Source: Odoribacter sp. OttesenSCG-928-L07
Lineage (GTDB): Bacteria > Bacteroidota > Bacteroidia > Bacteroidales > BM520
DNA length: 64,000 nucleotides
Direction: 5' to 3'
Assembly (NCBI GenBank): GCA_030265965.1
Contig: JAJDHA010000001.1
Coordinates: 65,394-129,393, forward strand
Positions 49,401 to 57,768 of the stretch are shown here, one piece after another; the stretch's first letter is position 1; the number at the start of each line of letters is the position of its first letter. The notes below the pieces were generated by a model. It did not search any database. It saw only the letters and a list, made by a program, of their open reading frames with translations, and had not been told where the DNA came from. Position numbers and translations under genes: made by a program.

Positions 49401-49917
49401 TACTTGCTCTTCAGGAAGTGGTAACACATTTGAAGCTCCAAAAGAATTGGTAGTAGAAATTGTTGAATCAACAGTTACTATTTCTTGGGTAGAACCGGAA
49501 GAAAGAGAATGGACAAACTTTTCAATTTTAAAAGATGGATTATTGTTAGATGTTATTACTGAAACAATTTATGTGGAAAATGAAGTTGAAGAAGGCGCTC
49601 ATACTTACTGTGTAATTGCTAATTATGATGATGGATCATCTGTTCCTGTATGTGAAAATGTTGTGGTTAGTCCGGTTGGTATTTCTACTTTTGATAATAA
49701 TATTATTGTTTATCCTAATCCGGCAACAAATAATGTAACGGTAAAAGGTAATGATATATTAGTTATAAAAGTATATAATACTCATGGCCAATTAATATTA
49801 GTTGAGAAAGATACTGAAGTGATAAATGTTTCCTCGTTTAATAACGGAATTTATATCTTTAGTATAGAAACCAAAGACGGAAGTCGAGTACAAAGAAAAA
49901 TTATTGTTAGTCATTAA
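46408..49917 (+). CDS. Peptidase C25 (gingipain-like cysteine peptidase), T9SS-sorted
   Basis: Propeptide-like N-terminus (GTPELPAFRKLIAIPQG). Catalytic His/Cys region YTAHCGETSWGDP...AMGNCCLAADFG aligns with the gingipain H...C dyad. Ig-like/CleC-like middle domains. Type-A CTD IIVYPNPATNNVTV...IIVSH. Confidence 0.88.
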   Translation: MKKLLFSFTLVLISVFTYGQVKSIAMQSNEVKQECIKDNFEGFNAVFSFDHINAVPINTEKGDFSIINIDGAFPTGNAGTPELPAFRKLIAIPQGATPKVIVKSYTEEEYDLNNYSWNKIFPKQPSTRKDLEPEDIIFVYEEAAYATKGYESREVAVVEELGTMRNIRIGSLQVNPIVYDAGSNKIKVRNNIEVEVVFEGADKTATQNLFESTYSIYFEPVYKQFFNRNIYDEHPDLYKTPVHMLVVANRMFEETLQPWIEWKTKKGFYMDVNYTDEVGTTANELKTLCQTKYNDGVANGQTPSFVVLVGDVAQVVASARGSKTYKDTDLYYGSVDGDYFPDMYYSRMSAINTTQLENIIEKILYYEQYQFEDPAYLDNVLLVAGADGNWNPKVGQPQMNYATTYYYNEDHGFENVHKYLTSPYTGCYNNLANVGFANYTAHCGETSWGDPSFTISGVNALTNVNKYFVAMGNCCLAADFGYGECIGEAFIRGNKKGAVGYIGSSPSSYWGEDFHFTVGAYAGSISTVATPTIENTSDGCYDLSFREADFHCLSSMIFGGNLSVTHASATGCTMHIGVEYYWQAYNVLGDGSLMPYWSQGDENTVSHMEIVPIGVDFYEVSAIPGSYVAISKDGVLHGAASVGETGTVQVPLIPITSGGDVDIVVTAPQRIPYITTRPAAALEGAYIVADAYQLAGDGILSYGETTEMELTIKNVGGDPSESTINVVLTNTDGLATVIEGTAQYPILEVGATATQSGFSFEVSQDVNNGQTIYFAAEITCGREVWTSNIAIKVYKPILSYETMVWKNSFSQGESFDIMVEYKNKGGYLVSNVEATLETTNADVTINVAETNLGTIAPDGIGYAIFNVTLSDDISESSSIDFVSHVSGDDGVITAEANFSLTNKCTMTFKMWDSSGDGWDNNGRISIKQNNVEIATVRLETGNYGTTTKDLPTGELDFVWIYGNSYDYENSFEIYNYNNELIYKTSGTPQAGSFLIYENTCSSGSGNTFEAPKELVVEIVESTVTISWVEPEEREWTNFSILKDGLLLDVITETIYVENEVEEGAHTYCVIANYDDGSSVPVCENVVVSPVGISTFDNNIIVYPNPATNNVTVKGNDILVIKVYNTHGQLILVEKDTEVINVSSFNNGIYIFSIETKDGSRVQRKIIVSH

Positions 49918-49943
49918 AGACTAACCTTGATTAGATAATCAAA

Positions 49944-49975
49944 AGCGAGAGTATGAAAATGCTCTCGCTTTTTTT
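49944..49975. terminator. Bidirectional intrinsic terminator between convergent genes
   Basis: 8-bp stem AGCGAGAG/CTCTCGCT with a 10-nt loop, a T-run on the + strand and an A-run upstream (T-run for the minus strand). Confidence 0.8.
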
Positions 49976-49976
49976 A

Positions 49977-50852
49977 TTAAAAATCAATGATTTCTTCTGC
50001 ATTAACAGGTCGATTATTAAACCAAAGCTCAAAATGCAGATGAGGTCCGGTTGTAAGTTCTCCCGAATTTCCACACACTGCTATTGCTTCACCGGCACGA
50101 ACGAAATCGCCAGTCTTTTTTAAAAGGACTGAATTATGTTTGTAAATACTTATTATGCTGTGAAGATGACTAATAATAATCACATTACCTGTTTCTACCG
50201 TCCAACCATTAAAAATAACAACCCCATCCATAACCGATTTAACTAACTCAGATCCTATTGGAATAATATCGGTGCCAATATGATTTTGTTTAGGGTCAAA
50301 TTTAGATGTAATTATTCCTTTTATTGGCGGGTAAAATGCAAAACTTCTGATTCCGGTTTTATCAATTATTGCATAATTTTCGTGAATATTATACATAGAC
50401 TCATGCTCAAATTCGCTCCTAAAAGCAGAATCCGCCGGCGATATTTTATATTCAAAATCTATATTATTGCCTGTTGAGATTCCATCAACACGTTCGATGA
50501 CAGTACTGTCTTCGCCAACTAATATTCTACGAATATTGGCGTTGTAGAGTAACATTTGCTCTAAAACGATATTCAAACTATCAGTCTTTTGTTCCAAATC
50601 ATATAATTCCTCACGCAATGTAGGATCAGAATAACCCGGTATTAAAATTCGTAAAGGAGTAAATGAAATTAACGAAACTGTTATGATAATAAAAAACATT
50701 ATTATTGCAATAGCCATTGATATTAACTTAATAGGAGTAACGCTAAACTGCTTCTTTTCCTGAAAATCATGTTCAGTTTGAACAATAACCCTTAATCGGC
50801 GCTTTAATTCGCTTTTCCATTTCTTTCTTTGCCCTGAAGAATTCTTAGCCAT
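49977..50852 (-). CDS. M23-family metallopeptidase (catalytically intact)
   Basis: TM helix, NHIGTDI (HxxxD) and GPHLHFELW (HxH). Start moved to MAKNSS because the longer track ORF would overlap the divergent gene and its promoter. Confidence 0.85.
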   Translation of the reverse strand: MAKNSSGQRKKWKSELKRRLRVIVQTEHDFQEKKQFSVTPIKLISMAIAIIMFFIIITVSLISFTPLRILIPGYSDPTLREELYDLEQKTDSLNIVLEQMLLYNANIRRILVGEDSTVIERVDGISTGNNIDFEYKISPADSAFRSEFEHESMYNIHENYAIIDKTGIRSFAFYPPIKGIITSKFDPKQNHIGTDIIPIGSELVKSVMDGVVIFNGWTVETGNVIIISHLHSIISIYKHNSVLLKKTGDFVRAGEAIAVCGNSGELTTGPHLHFELWFNNRPVNAEEIIDF

Positions 50853-50940
50853 AAGATCGTATTTATTATAATAACTGCAAATATCTAAATTTTTTTTCAA
50901 TTTATATTCAGAAACTAAGTCATTAATTAAAAAAATGAAA

Positions 50941-50948
50941 TAAATTTG
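50941..50948 (+). promoter_or_regulatory. -7 box TAAATTTG upstream of the TPR lipoprotein gene
   Basis: Exact TAnnTTTG match, 43 nt upstream of the GTG start at 50992. Confidence 0.4.
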
Positions 50949-50991
50949 CCATTTATTAGTTAATATATTATTACAATTATACTTTTTAATA

Positions 50992-53655
50992 GTGAAGTCG
51001 AAAAATATATTTATAACATTACTGGTTTTCTTTGTTATAGCAATGCTTTCCTCTTGTTCCACCAAGAAGAATACATTCACACGCCGTGCATATAATAACC
51101 TTACAACTCATTATAACGGTTATTGGAATGCACGCGATAATATGAAAATTACTATAAAACAAATGCAAGATAACGGAATTGACAATTTTTCATCCGTAAT
51201 TCCAGTGGTTTATTATGGTACAAAACAAGAAACGCAATCAATTAAACCTAACTTAGATAATTCTATAGAAAAGGCATTTCTTATGATTAGAAGACACTCT
51301 ATGGTTTTTGATCACGAAGAAAAAGTTAAATGGATTGACGACTGCTATATGGTTATCGGTACCTGCTATTTTTACCAAAAAGATTATAGCAATGCTCGAA
51401 GAACATTTCAATATATAATTAAGACTTATCCCGATAAAACTGTTCAACATGAAGCTCAGTTGTGGCTTGCAAAAACTTATATTCAAAATAAAGAGTTTGA
51501 AAAAGCCCAAGTAGTACTTGAAGATATGCAAATTTCAGTTAAGAAATTCGAAGTTGTTAGAAGTATTCAAAAAGAATTTCCAATAGTTTATGCGGAATAT
51601 TATTTAAGTCAAAGAAAATATTCTGAAGCGCTAAAATATTTGGAAGATGCGCTCGAACAAAATAAAGGTAATAGAAAACTCAAACAACGTATCAATTATA
51701 TTATCGGACAAGTTCATCAAGAAAATTCAAAATACGCTCTTGCACTAAAAAGCTTCAAAAAATCGAGTAAAGGTAGTAACTTCTTAATCAGTTTCAATTC
51801 TAAAATTAAAATGGCTCAATGTGCCGATCCTAAAGAAGGAACTTATGTTATGAAGGTTCTCAATAAAATGCTTAAAGAAGATAAAAATAAAGATTACAGA
51901 GACCAAATTTATTTTGCAATGGCAGAAGTTGCAAGACGCAATAACGACCAACAATCAGAAATGAAATACTTGGCATTGTGTGTGTCTGCAAGTGTAAATA
52001 ATAACTACCAAAAGGCTTTGGGTGCATATAGACTCGCTGATATATATTTCGATCAGAAAAAATATATTGAATCACAACCGTATTATGATACAACAATCCA
52101 GTTCTTGCCGACCGATTATATTGATTATGTTGAAATAAAAGAAAAAACTAATGTTCTTACTGATTTGGTTTCTTGCTTGACAACAGTTCAAACTGAAGAC
52201 AGTATGCAATATCTTGCAAATTTGCCCGAAGATAAACGTATGGGAATAATCAGAGGTATTATTGCTGAATTAAAAGAACAAGAACGAATCCAAAAAGAAA
52301 TTGAAATGCAACAGCAAAGAAATTTCGGCGCTTCAATGGTAAGCCAATATGAAGATCAAAGAATTCAAGGCAGATTGGGCGGAACGTCAAGCAATTGGTA
52401 CTTTTATAACAGCCAAATGGTTAGTAGTGGTATCAATGAATTTAAACGCAAGTGGGGTGATAGAAAATTAGAAGATCTCTGGTTCTTGAAAAATAAGCAA
52501 TCTTTTTCTTGGGATGAATGGGCTGGTATGGATGAAGAAACTACTGTCAGCGATACTACAGAATATATCACAGATGTCATGGACGAAAGATATTATCTCC
52601 AAGATATTCCATTAACGGAAGAAAAAATGGCTCTGTCTAATGAAAAAATAGAGAAATCATTATATGATGCAGGATTTATTGCTTCGGAAAGACTATATGA
52701 TTATGATTTGTCAAATGAATGTTTTAACAGTTTAATTGAAAGATTTCCCGAATCAAAATATTTGCTTTTATCGTATTACATGGTTTATATGAACTGTACT
52801 TCATTGTCTGATGATAATTGTGCAACAAATACAAAATCTACAATTATCTCACGATTCCCTGATAGTGATTATGCTAAATTACTTCAAGACCCATCGTATC
52901 TTATCACAATGCGTGAACGTATGGACGCTTCAAGAAACCTCTATTCAGATGTTTATTTGACATATGAAGATAACATGTTCGATATTGTGCAATTATATGC
53001 TGAGGAAGGTATAGAACTTAATGATCCGGAATTTGTACCGAAATTCTTATATCTGTCTGCAATGACAGACTTGGCAAAAAATGAAGATAAAGATGCAGCA
53101 CTAATAAAATTTAGAGAAATAGTTAGTAAACATTCAAATAACGAAGTGACACCTTTAGCTCAAAATATGATAAATTATTTAGCCGGCGTGGAACCGCAAG
53201 TGGTTGACTCAGCAACGGTGGCTATTATGGAACAAGAACGACTTGAACAAGAACTTTTTGAAAAAGAAGTATCTCAATATAAATATAAATGTAACGCAAC
53301 TTATTTCTATGTTTTAATCTTGGATAATACAAAATGTAATATTCAAGCAACATCAGTAAGAGTTTCAGATTATCTGATGAGATATCATAAATTAGATAAT
53401 CTGAAAGCAAATGCACCTATTATGCTTACTGATAATTATGAATTAATTACCGTTACTGCATTCTCTGATTGTAATATTGCATTGGATTTTTATGAAAGTG
53501 CAATCATTAATCAATATATTTATGCCGGATTACCTCAGGATGCTTATCATCATTTTGTAATTTCTCAAGAGAATTATCCTGTGTTTTATAGAAGTAAGAA
53601 TATTGATGCTTATCTTCACTTTTTTAATACAAAGTTATTATCTACAAGAGAATAA
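50992..53655 (+). CDS. Large TPR lipoprotein, possibly the T9SS component PorW/SprE
   Basis: Lipobox AMLSSC followed by STKKNTFTRRAYNNLTTHYNGYWNA, which resembles my recollection of SprE/PorW N-termini. TPR units. 887 aa. GTG start. Confidence 0.55.
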   Translation: MKSKNIFITLLVFFVIAMLSSCSTKKNTFTRRAYNNLTTHYNGYWNARDNMKITIKQMQDNGIDNFSSVIPVVYYGTKQETQSIKPNLDNSIEKAFLMIRRHSMVFDHEEKVKWIDDCYMVIGTCYFYQKDYSNARRTFQYIIKTYPDKTVQHEAQLWLAKTYIQNKEFEKAQVVLEDMQISVKKFEVVRSIQKEFPIVYAEYYLSQRKYSEALKYLEDALEQNKGNRKLKQRINYIIGQVHQENSKYALALKSFKKSSKGSNFLISFNSKIKMAQCADPKEGTYVMKVLNKMLKEDKNKDYRDQIYFAMAEVARRNNDQQSEMKYLALCVSASVNNNYQKALGAYRLADIYFDQKKYIESQPYYDTTIQFLPTDYIDYVEIKEKTNVLTDLVSCLTTVQTEDSMQYLANLPEDKRMGIIRGIIAELKEQERIQKEIEMQQQRNFGASMVSQYEDQRIQGRLGGTSSNWYFYNSQMVSSGINEFKRKWGDRKLEDLWFLKNKQSFSWDEWAGMDEETTVSDTTEYITDVMDERYYLQDIPLTEEKMALSNEKIEKSLYDAGFIASERLYDYDLSNECFNSLIERFPESKYLLLSYYMVYMNCTSLSDDNCATNTKSTIISRFPDSDYAKLLQDPSYLITMRERMDASRNLYSDVYLTYEDNMFDIVQLYAEEGIELNDPEFVPKFLYLSAMTDLAKNEDKDAALIKFREIVSKHSNNEVTPLAQNMINYLAGVEPQVVDSATVAIMEQERLEQELFEKEVSQYKYKCNATYFYVLILDNTKCNIQATSVRVSDYLMRYHKLDNLKANAPIMLTDNYELITVTAFSDCNIALDFYESAIINQYIYAGLPQDAYHHFVISQENYPVFYRSKNIDAYLHFFNTKLLSTRE

Positions 53656-53665
53656 AATTTAGCCT

Positions 53666-54025
53666 ATGGGAAAAGAAACTGAAACCGAAAAAACAAATTG
53701 TGCAAATATTATCCAATATGGTACTTCAATTATTGGAAATCTGGAAACAAGCGGAAATATAAGAATTGACGGAAATGTCAAAGGAAATGTTAAAGCTCTC
53801 GGTAAAGTTATTATCGGTGAACAAGGCTTTGTAGAAGGCGACTTGGAATGCTCTAACGCCTCAATAGAAGGAAAATGTAAAGCTAATATAAATGTTTCTG
53901 AACTGCTGGAACTGAAATCTACTGCAGTGTTTGAAGGCGAAATTAATACTTCAAAAATTTATATCGAGTCGGGAGCAGTATTCCTCGGCTCATGCAAAAT
54001 GAAAATGGAAGAACGTATTAAATAA
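53666..54025 (+). CDS. Bactofilin-family polymer-forming protein
   Basis: Beta-helical repeat pattern [42 protein letters not shown]; 119 aa. Confidence 0.75.
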   Translation: MGKETETEKTNCANIIQYGTSIIGNLETSGNIRIDGNVKGNVKALGKVIIGEQGFVEGDLECSNASIEGKCKANINVSELLELKSTAVFEGEINTSKIYIESGAVFLGSCKMKMEERIK

Positions 54026-54041
54026 TAAATTATTAACACAA

Positions 54042-54701
54042 ATGACAGATATTGAAACAAGATCATTCCTTGCTGAAGATAACATAGATTTTGATGATCC
54101 AAAAGGTTATGGCGGATTGAAAGATTTATATAATCCTGAAATTATTGATAAATTAAAATTCCATTATAAGGAAATATTGCAATTACTCGGCGAAGATGTT
54201 GACAGAGAGGGCTTGGTGAAAACTCCTTTGAGAATTGCTAAGGCTATGAGGTTTTTTACAAACGGTTATCTCGTTGATCCTAAAGAAATTTTACGCTCAG
54301 CAATGTTTCAAGAAGATTATAAACAAATGGTTGTTGTTAAAGATATAGAGATTTATTCTATGTGTGAACATCATTTGTTGCCCTTTATTGGAAAGGCACA
54401 TGTGGGATATATTCCACGTAATCATATTGTCGGATTAAGCAAGATTGCTCGTGTAGTTGATGCTTTTGCGAGAAGATTACAAGTTCAAGAACGTATGACA
54501 ACGGAAATAAAGGAAGCTATTCAAGAAACATTAAATCCCTTAGGTGTAGGTGTTGTTATTGAAGCTCAACATACATGTATGTCGATGCGCGGTGTCCAAA
54601 AACAAAATTCGGTAGCTACTACATCAGATTTTGTCGGTGCTTTCCTTAGAAAAGAAACTCGTGAAGAGTTTATGCACTTAATAGGCACAAAATTACATTA
54701 A
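54042..54701 (+). CDS. folE: GTP cyclohydrolase I
   Basis: Zn-site motif [10 protein letters not shown] and the conserved QVQERMT segment. Confidence 0.93.
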   Translation: MTDIETRSFLAEDNIDFDDPKGYGGLKDLYNPEIIDKLKFHYKEILQLLGEDVDREGLVKTPLRIAKAMRFFTNGYLVDPKEILRSAMFQEDYKQMVVVKDIEIYSMCEHHLLPFIGKAHVGYIPRNHIVGLSKIARVVDAFARRLQVQERMTTEIKEAIQETLNPLGVGVVIEAQHTCMSMRGVQKQNSVATTSDFVGAFLRKETREEFMHLIGTKLH

Positions 54702-54740
54702 AATTAAATACTAATACATTAATAATAACTGAAAGAAAAC

Positions 54741-55616
54741 ATGAAAGCGTATATTTTCCCCGGTCAAGGGGCACAATATTCAGGAATGGGAAAGGATCTT
54801 TATGATTCTTCATCCATAGCAAAAGATTTGTTCAATAAAGCGAATAATATCTTAGGTTTTAAAATCTCTGATATAATGTTTGAAGGAGCAGAAGAAGAAT
54901 TAAAACAAACAAAGGTAACTCAACCTGCAATCTTTTTGCACTCGGTTATCTTATCTATCGTGAAAAAAGACAAGTTCACTCCTGATATGGTAGCAGGTCA
55001 CTCTCTTGGAGAATTTTCTGCTTTGGCAGCTATTGGCGCTTTGTCATTTGAAGACGGTTTAAAACTTGTTTCTCGTAGAGCAATGCTGATGCAATATGCT
55101 TGCGAATTACAACCATCAACAATGGCAGCGGTACTTAAACTCGACAATGCAACAATCGAATCAATATTAAAAAGTATTACTGATGATATTGTTGTTCCTG
55201 CCAATTATAATGCTCCGGGTCAATTAGTTATTTCCGGAACTGTTTCGGGAATAGAAAAAGCTTCGAAATTAATAGCTGAAGCCGGTGGAAAAGCAATCAC
55301 TTTAAAAGTTGGCGGCGCATTCCATTCTCCATTAATGGAACCTGTAAAACAAGAATTAGCAGATGCCATCAATAAAACAAATATCAAAGAGCCAATCTGC
55401 CCGATTTACCAAAATGTTAATGCATTACCGGTAAAAAATCCGGATGTGATTAAAACTAATCTTGTAAACCAATTGACTTTCCCTGTAAAATGGATGCAGA
55501 TAGTTCAAAATATTATCGCAAACGGTGCAAATCAATTCTACGAAGTTGGTCCGGGTACGGTGTTGCAAGGATTGGTAAAGAAAATTAAAGCTGATGCAGA
55601 TGCACAGTCGTTGTAA
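54741..55616 (+). CDS. fabD: ACP S-malonyltransferase
   Basis: FPGQGAQ N-terminus, active-site GHSLGE, GAFHSPLM. Confidence 0.95.
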   Translation: MKAYIFPGQGAQYSGMGKDLYDSSSIAKDLFNKANNILGFKISDIMFEGAEEELKQTKVTQPAIFLHSVILSIVKKDKFTPDMVAGHSLGEFSALAAIGALSFEDGLKLVSRRAMLMQYACELQPSTMAAVLKLDNATIESILKSITDDIVVPANYNAPGQLVISGTVSGIEKASKLIAEAGGKAITLKVGGAFHSPLMEPVKQELADAINKTNIKEPICPIYQNVNALPVKNPDVIKTNLVNQLTFPVKWMQIVQNIIANGANQFYEVGPGTVLQGLVKKIKADADAQSL

Positions 55617-55624
55617 GGTTTAAG

Positions 55625-55708
55625 GTCACACGTCACCCGTCACACGTCACACGTCACGCGTCACACGTCACCCGTCACGCGTCACACGTCACCCGTCACC
55701 CGTCACCC
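55625..55708 (+). repeat. Heptamer array 4: (GTCACNC)x12
   Basis: gtcacac gtcaccc gtcacac gtcacac gtcacgc gtcacac gtcaccc gtcacgc gtcacac gtcaccc x3. Starts 8 nt after the fabD stop. Overlaps the ribF stop and last codons on the other strand. Confidence 0.95.
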
Positions 55709-56622
55709 AAAATCTCCTTTGCAGTCAAAACATCCTTATTTAGCTGTTCCTTGAGCATTGCTAAATCTTTAAAAGCAATCTCATCCCTTATTCTATCAAC
55801 GAAATATACGCCGATATATTCGTCATAAATATCTCTGTCGAAATTGAAGATATTTGCTTCGATGGTTAAATCTTTGCCGTGTACTGTTGGTCTATAACCA
55901 ATATTGCACATCCCGAAGAAATTTTCATTATTGATCTTGATTTTACAAGCGTAAACGCCGTTTGCTGCAATCAGCTTTAAATCATTTTCAATAAATACAT
56001 TTGCGGTTGGGAATCCTATTGTTCTGCCAATCTGTTGTCCGTAAACAACTCTACCGTAAACCGAATATTCGTAGCCGAGCATTAAATTTGCTTCCTTAAT
56101 ATCTCCTCTTTCCAAAGCATTCCTTATCTGTGTTGAGCTAACAATTTTGCCGTCGCAATAAACAGGAGGAATATTCGTGATTTCGTAATGATATTTCTTT
56201 TTTAACTCATTTAATGCTTCCATAGTTTTATTATGGTCAGGACCAAAATGACAATCATAACCGACAACAATGTTTTTTGCATTAATATATTTAACAAGAT
56301 AATTTTCAATAAATTGATAAGCAGATAACTTCGAGAACTCCTTAGTAAAATTGATATCCATTAAATAATCAACTCCAAGTTTTGCGAGCAAATGAGCTTT
56401 TCTACTTTGAGAGTGAATAAATTTCACATTTTTGTCTGAAAGTACACTTCTTGGATGCGGATGAAAAGTAACAATGACAATGTTTCCTCCATTCTTTTCC
56501 TTTATTTGTTTCATTTTCTCAATAACAGCTTTATGTCCCAAATGAACACCATCAAAATTACCAACAGCAACAATGGCATTGTCTATTTTAGGAAATTCTG
56601 TTATATCGGAATAATATCTCAT
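55696..56622 (-). CDS. ribF: Bifunctional riboflavin kinase / FAD synthetase
   Basis: N-terminal FMN adenylyltransferase (GNFDGVHLGH) plus C-terminal riboflavin kinase (GFPTAN). Confidence 0.93.
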   Translation of the reverse strand: MRYYSDITEFPKIDNAIVAVGNFDGVHLGHKAVIEKMKQIKEKNGGNIVIVTFHPHPRSVLSDKNVKFIHSQSRKAHLLAKLGVDYLMDINFTKEFSKLSAYQFIENYLVKYINAKNIVVGYDCHFGPDHNKTMEALNELKKKYHYEITNIPPVYCDGKIVSSTQIRNALERGDIKEANLMLGYEYSVYGRVVYGQQIGRTIGFPTANVFIENDLKLIAANGVYACKIKINNENFFGMCNIGYRPTVHGKDLTIEANIFNFDRDIYDEYIGVYFVDRIRDEIAFKDLAMLKEQLNKDVLTAKEILGDG

Positions 56623-56636
56623 TGTTCTTTATTTTA

Positions 56637-57620
56637 TTAATGGTTATTTAATAATCCTTTCAAAATTTGGACAGCATTAGTTGCAGCTCCTTTTCTTAAA
56701 TTATCTGCTGTAATCCATATATTTAACGAATTTGGTGCAGAGAAGTCGCGGCGTATTCTACCGACAAACACATCATCTTTTCCTTCGGCAAAAAGTGGGG
56801 TAGGATATATATTATTTTTAATATCATCCATAACAGTTATGCCGGAAGTATTTTTTAAAGTAGAATAAATTTCATCGAGAGTAAAATCTTTTTCAAATTC
56901 GATATTTAAAGAAATCGAGTGTCCGCCGGTTACAGGAACTCTGACAACAGTTGCTGTAATTTGAATAGAATTATCGTTTAATATTTTGCGTGTTTCGTCA
57001 ACAAGTTTAATTTCTTCTTCGGTATAGCCATTATCGAGGAAAGCGCCGCCGTGCGGAATAATATTCAGATCGATTTGATGCGGATAAGCAGGCGAAGAAT
57101 TGTCGGCACCTTTTCTTTCCGCAAAAAGCTGATTAATTCCTTTTGCGCCGGAGCCGGAAACAGACTGATAAGTTGATGCAACTAAACGTTTGATTTTAAA
57201 AATATTGTGTAATTCATGGATTGCCAAAACCATTTGTATTGTAGAACAATTCGGATTTGCAATAAGTTTATTATTATATGCTGAATTAAAGTTTATTTCA
57301 GGAACAACCAAGGGTACATCATTATTCATTCGCCAAGCAGAAGAATTGTCAATCACAGTAGTTCCGTTATTGACAAAGAGCGGTGCATATTTTTTTGAAA
57401 TTTCTTTTCCTGCGGAGAAGATAGCAAAATCAGGTTTTCGTTCAATAGCTTCTTCAATAGAAATAATTTTATAATTTTCATTATTAAAAGAAACATTTTT
57501 TCCAATAGATTTAATAGATGCGACGGGTAAAAGATCGGATATTGGAATTTGTTGTTCTTCCAAGACTTTTAGCATAATACTTCCGACCACGCCGGTACAA
57601 CCTATGATTGCTATTTTCAT
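56637..57620 (-). CDS. asd: Aspartate-semialdehyde dehydrogenase
   Basis: Rossmann motif IIGCTGVVG and active-site NPNCSTIQ. Start moved to MKIAII because the track ORF N-terminus is translated tRNA. Confidence 0.93.
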   Translation of the reverse strand: MKIAIIGCTGVVGSIMLKVLEEQQIPISDLLPVASIKSIGKNVSFNNENYKIISIEEAIERKPDFAIFSAGKEISKKYAPLFVNNGTTVIDNSSAWRMNNDVPLVVPEINFNSAYNNKLIANPNCSTIQMVLAIHELHNIFKIKRLVASTYQSVSGSGAKGINQLFAERKGADNSSPAYPHQIDLNIIPHGGAFLDNGYTEEEIKLVDETRKILNDNSIQITATVVRVPVTGGHSISLNIEFEKDFTLDEIYSTLKNTSGITVMDDIKNNIYPTPLFAEGKDDVFVGRIRRDFSAPNSLNIWITADNLRKGAATNAVQILKGLLNNH

Positions 57621-57636
57621 CGAAATAAAATTTTTG

Positions 57637-57708
57637 TGACCTCGGAGGGATTCGAACCCCCACCTCAAGAACCGGAATCTTGAATTCTATCCATTTAACT
57701 ACGAGGCC
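57637..57708 (-). tRNA. tRNA-Arg (anticodon CCG)
   Basis: Folded by hand into a cloverleaf: acceptor GGCCTCG/CGAGGTC, anticodon stem CAAGA/TCTTG with loop TTCCGGT, T-arm GGGGG-TTCGAAT-CCCTC, discriminator A, no encoded CCA. Confidence 0.9.
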
Positions 57709-57753
57709 AATATTCACTGAAGTTTAAGCATCAATGAAGGATTGAAAGAATTG

Positions 57754-57761
57754 CAAAGTTA
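57754..57761 (-). promoter_or_regulatory. -7 box TAACTTTG upstream of tRNA-Arg
   Basis: Exact TAnnTTTG match on the minus strand, 45 nt upstream of the tRNA 5' end. Confidence 0.4.
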
Positions 57762-57768
57762 TGAAAAA

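Noticed and set aside
49977-51080. A 367-aa M23 peptidase with a 76-aa AT-rich N-terminal extension overlapping the divergent TPR gene
   Set aside because: The extension is low-complexity (N/I/K/F-rich). It covers the divergent promoter region and the start of the neighbouring gene. The internal Met (50852) precedes the basic segment and TM helix typical of these proteins.
56637-57668. The long N-terminus of asd (MRWGFESLRGHKNFIS...)
   Set aside because: These codons are the reverse-strand reading of the tRNA-Arg gene. The Rossmann motif begins right after the internal Met at 57620.
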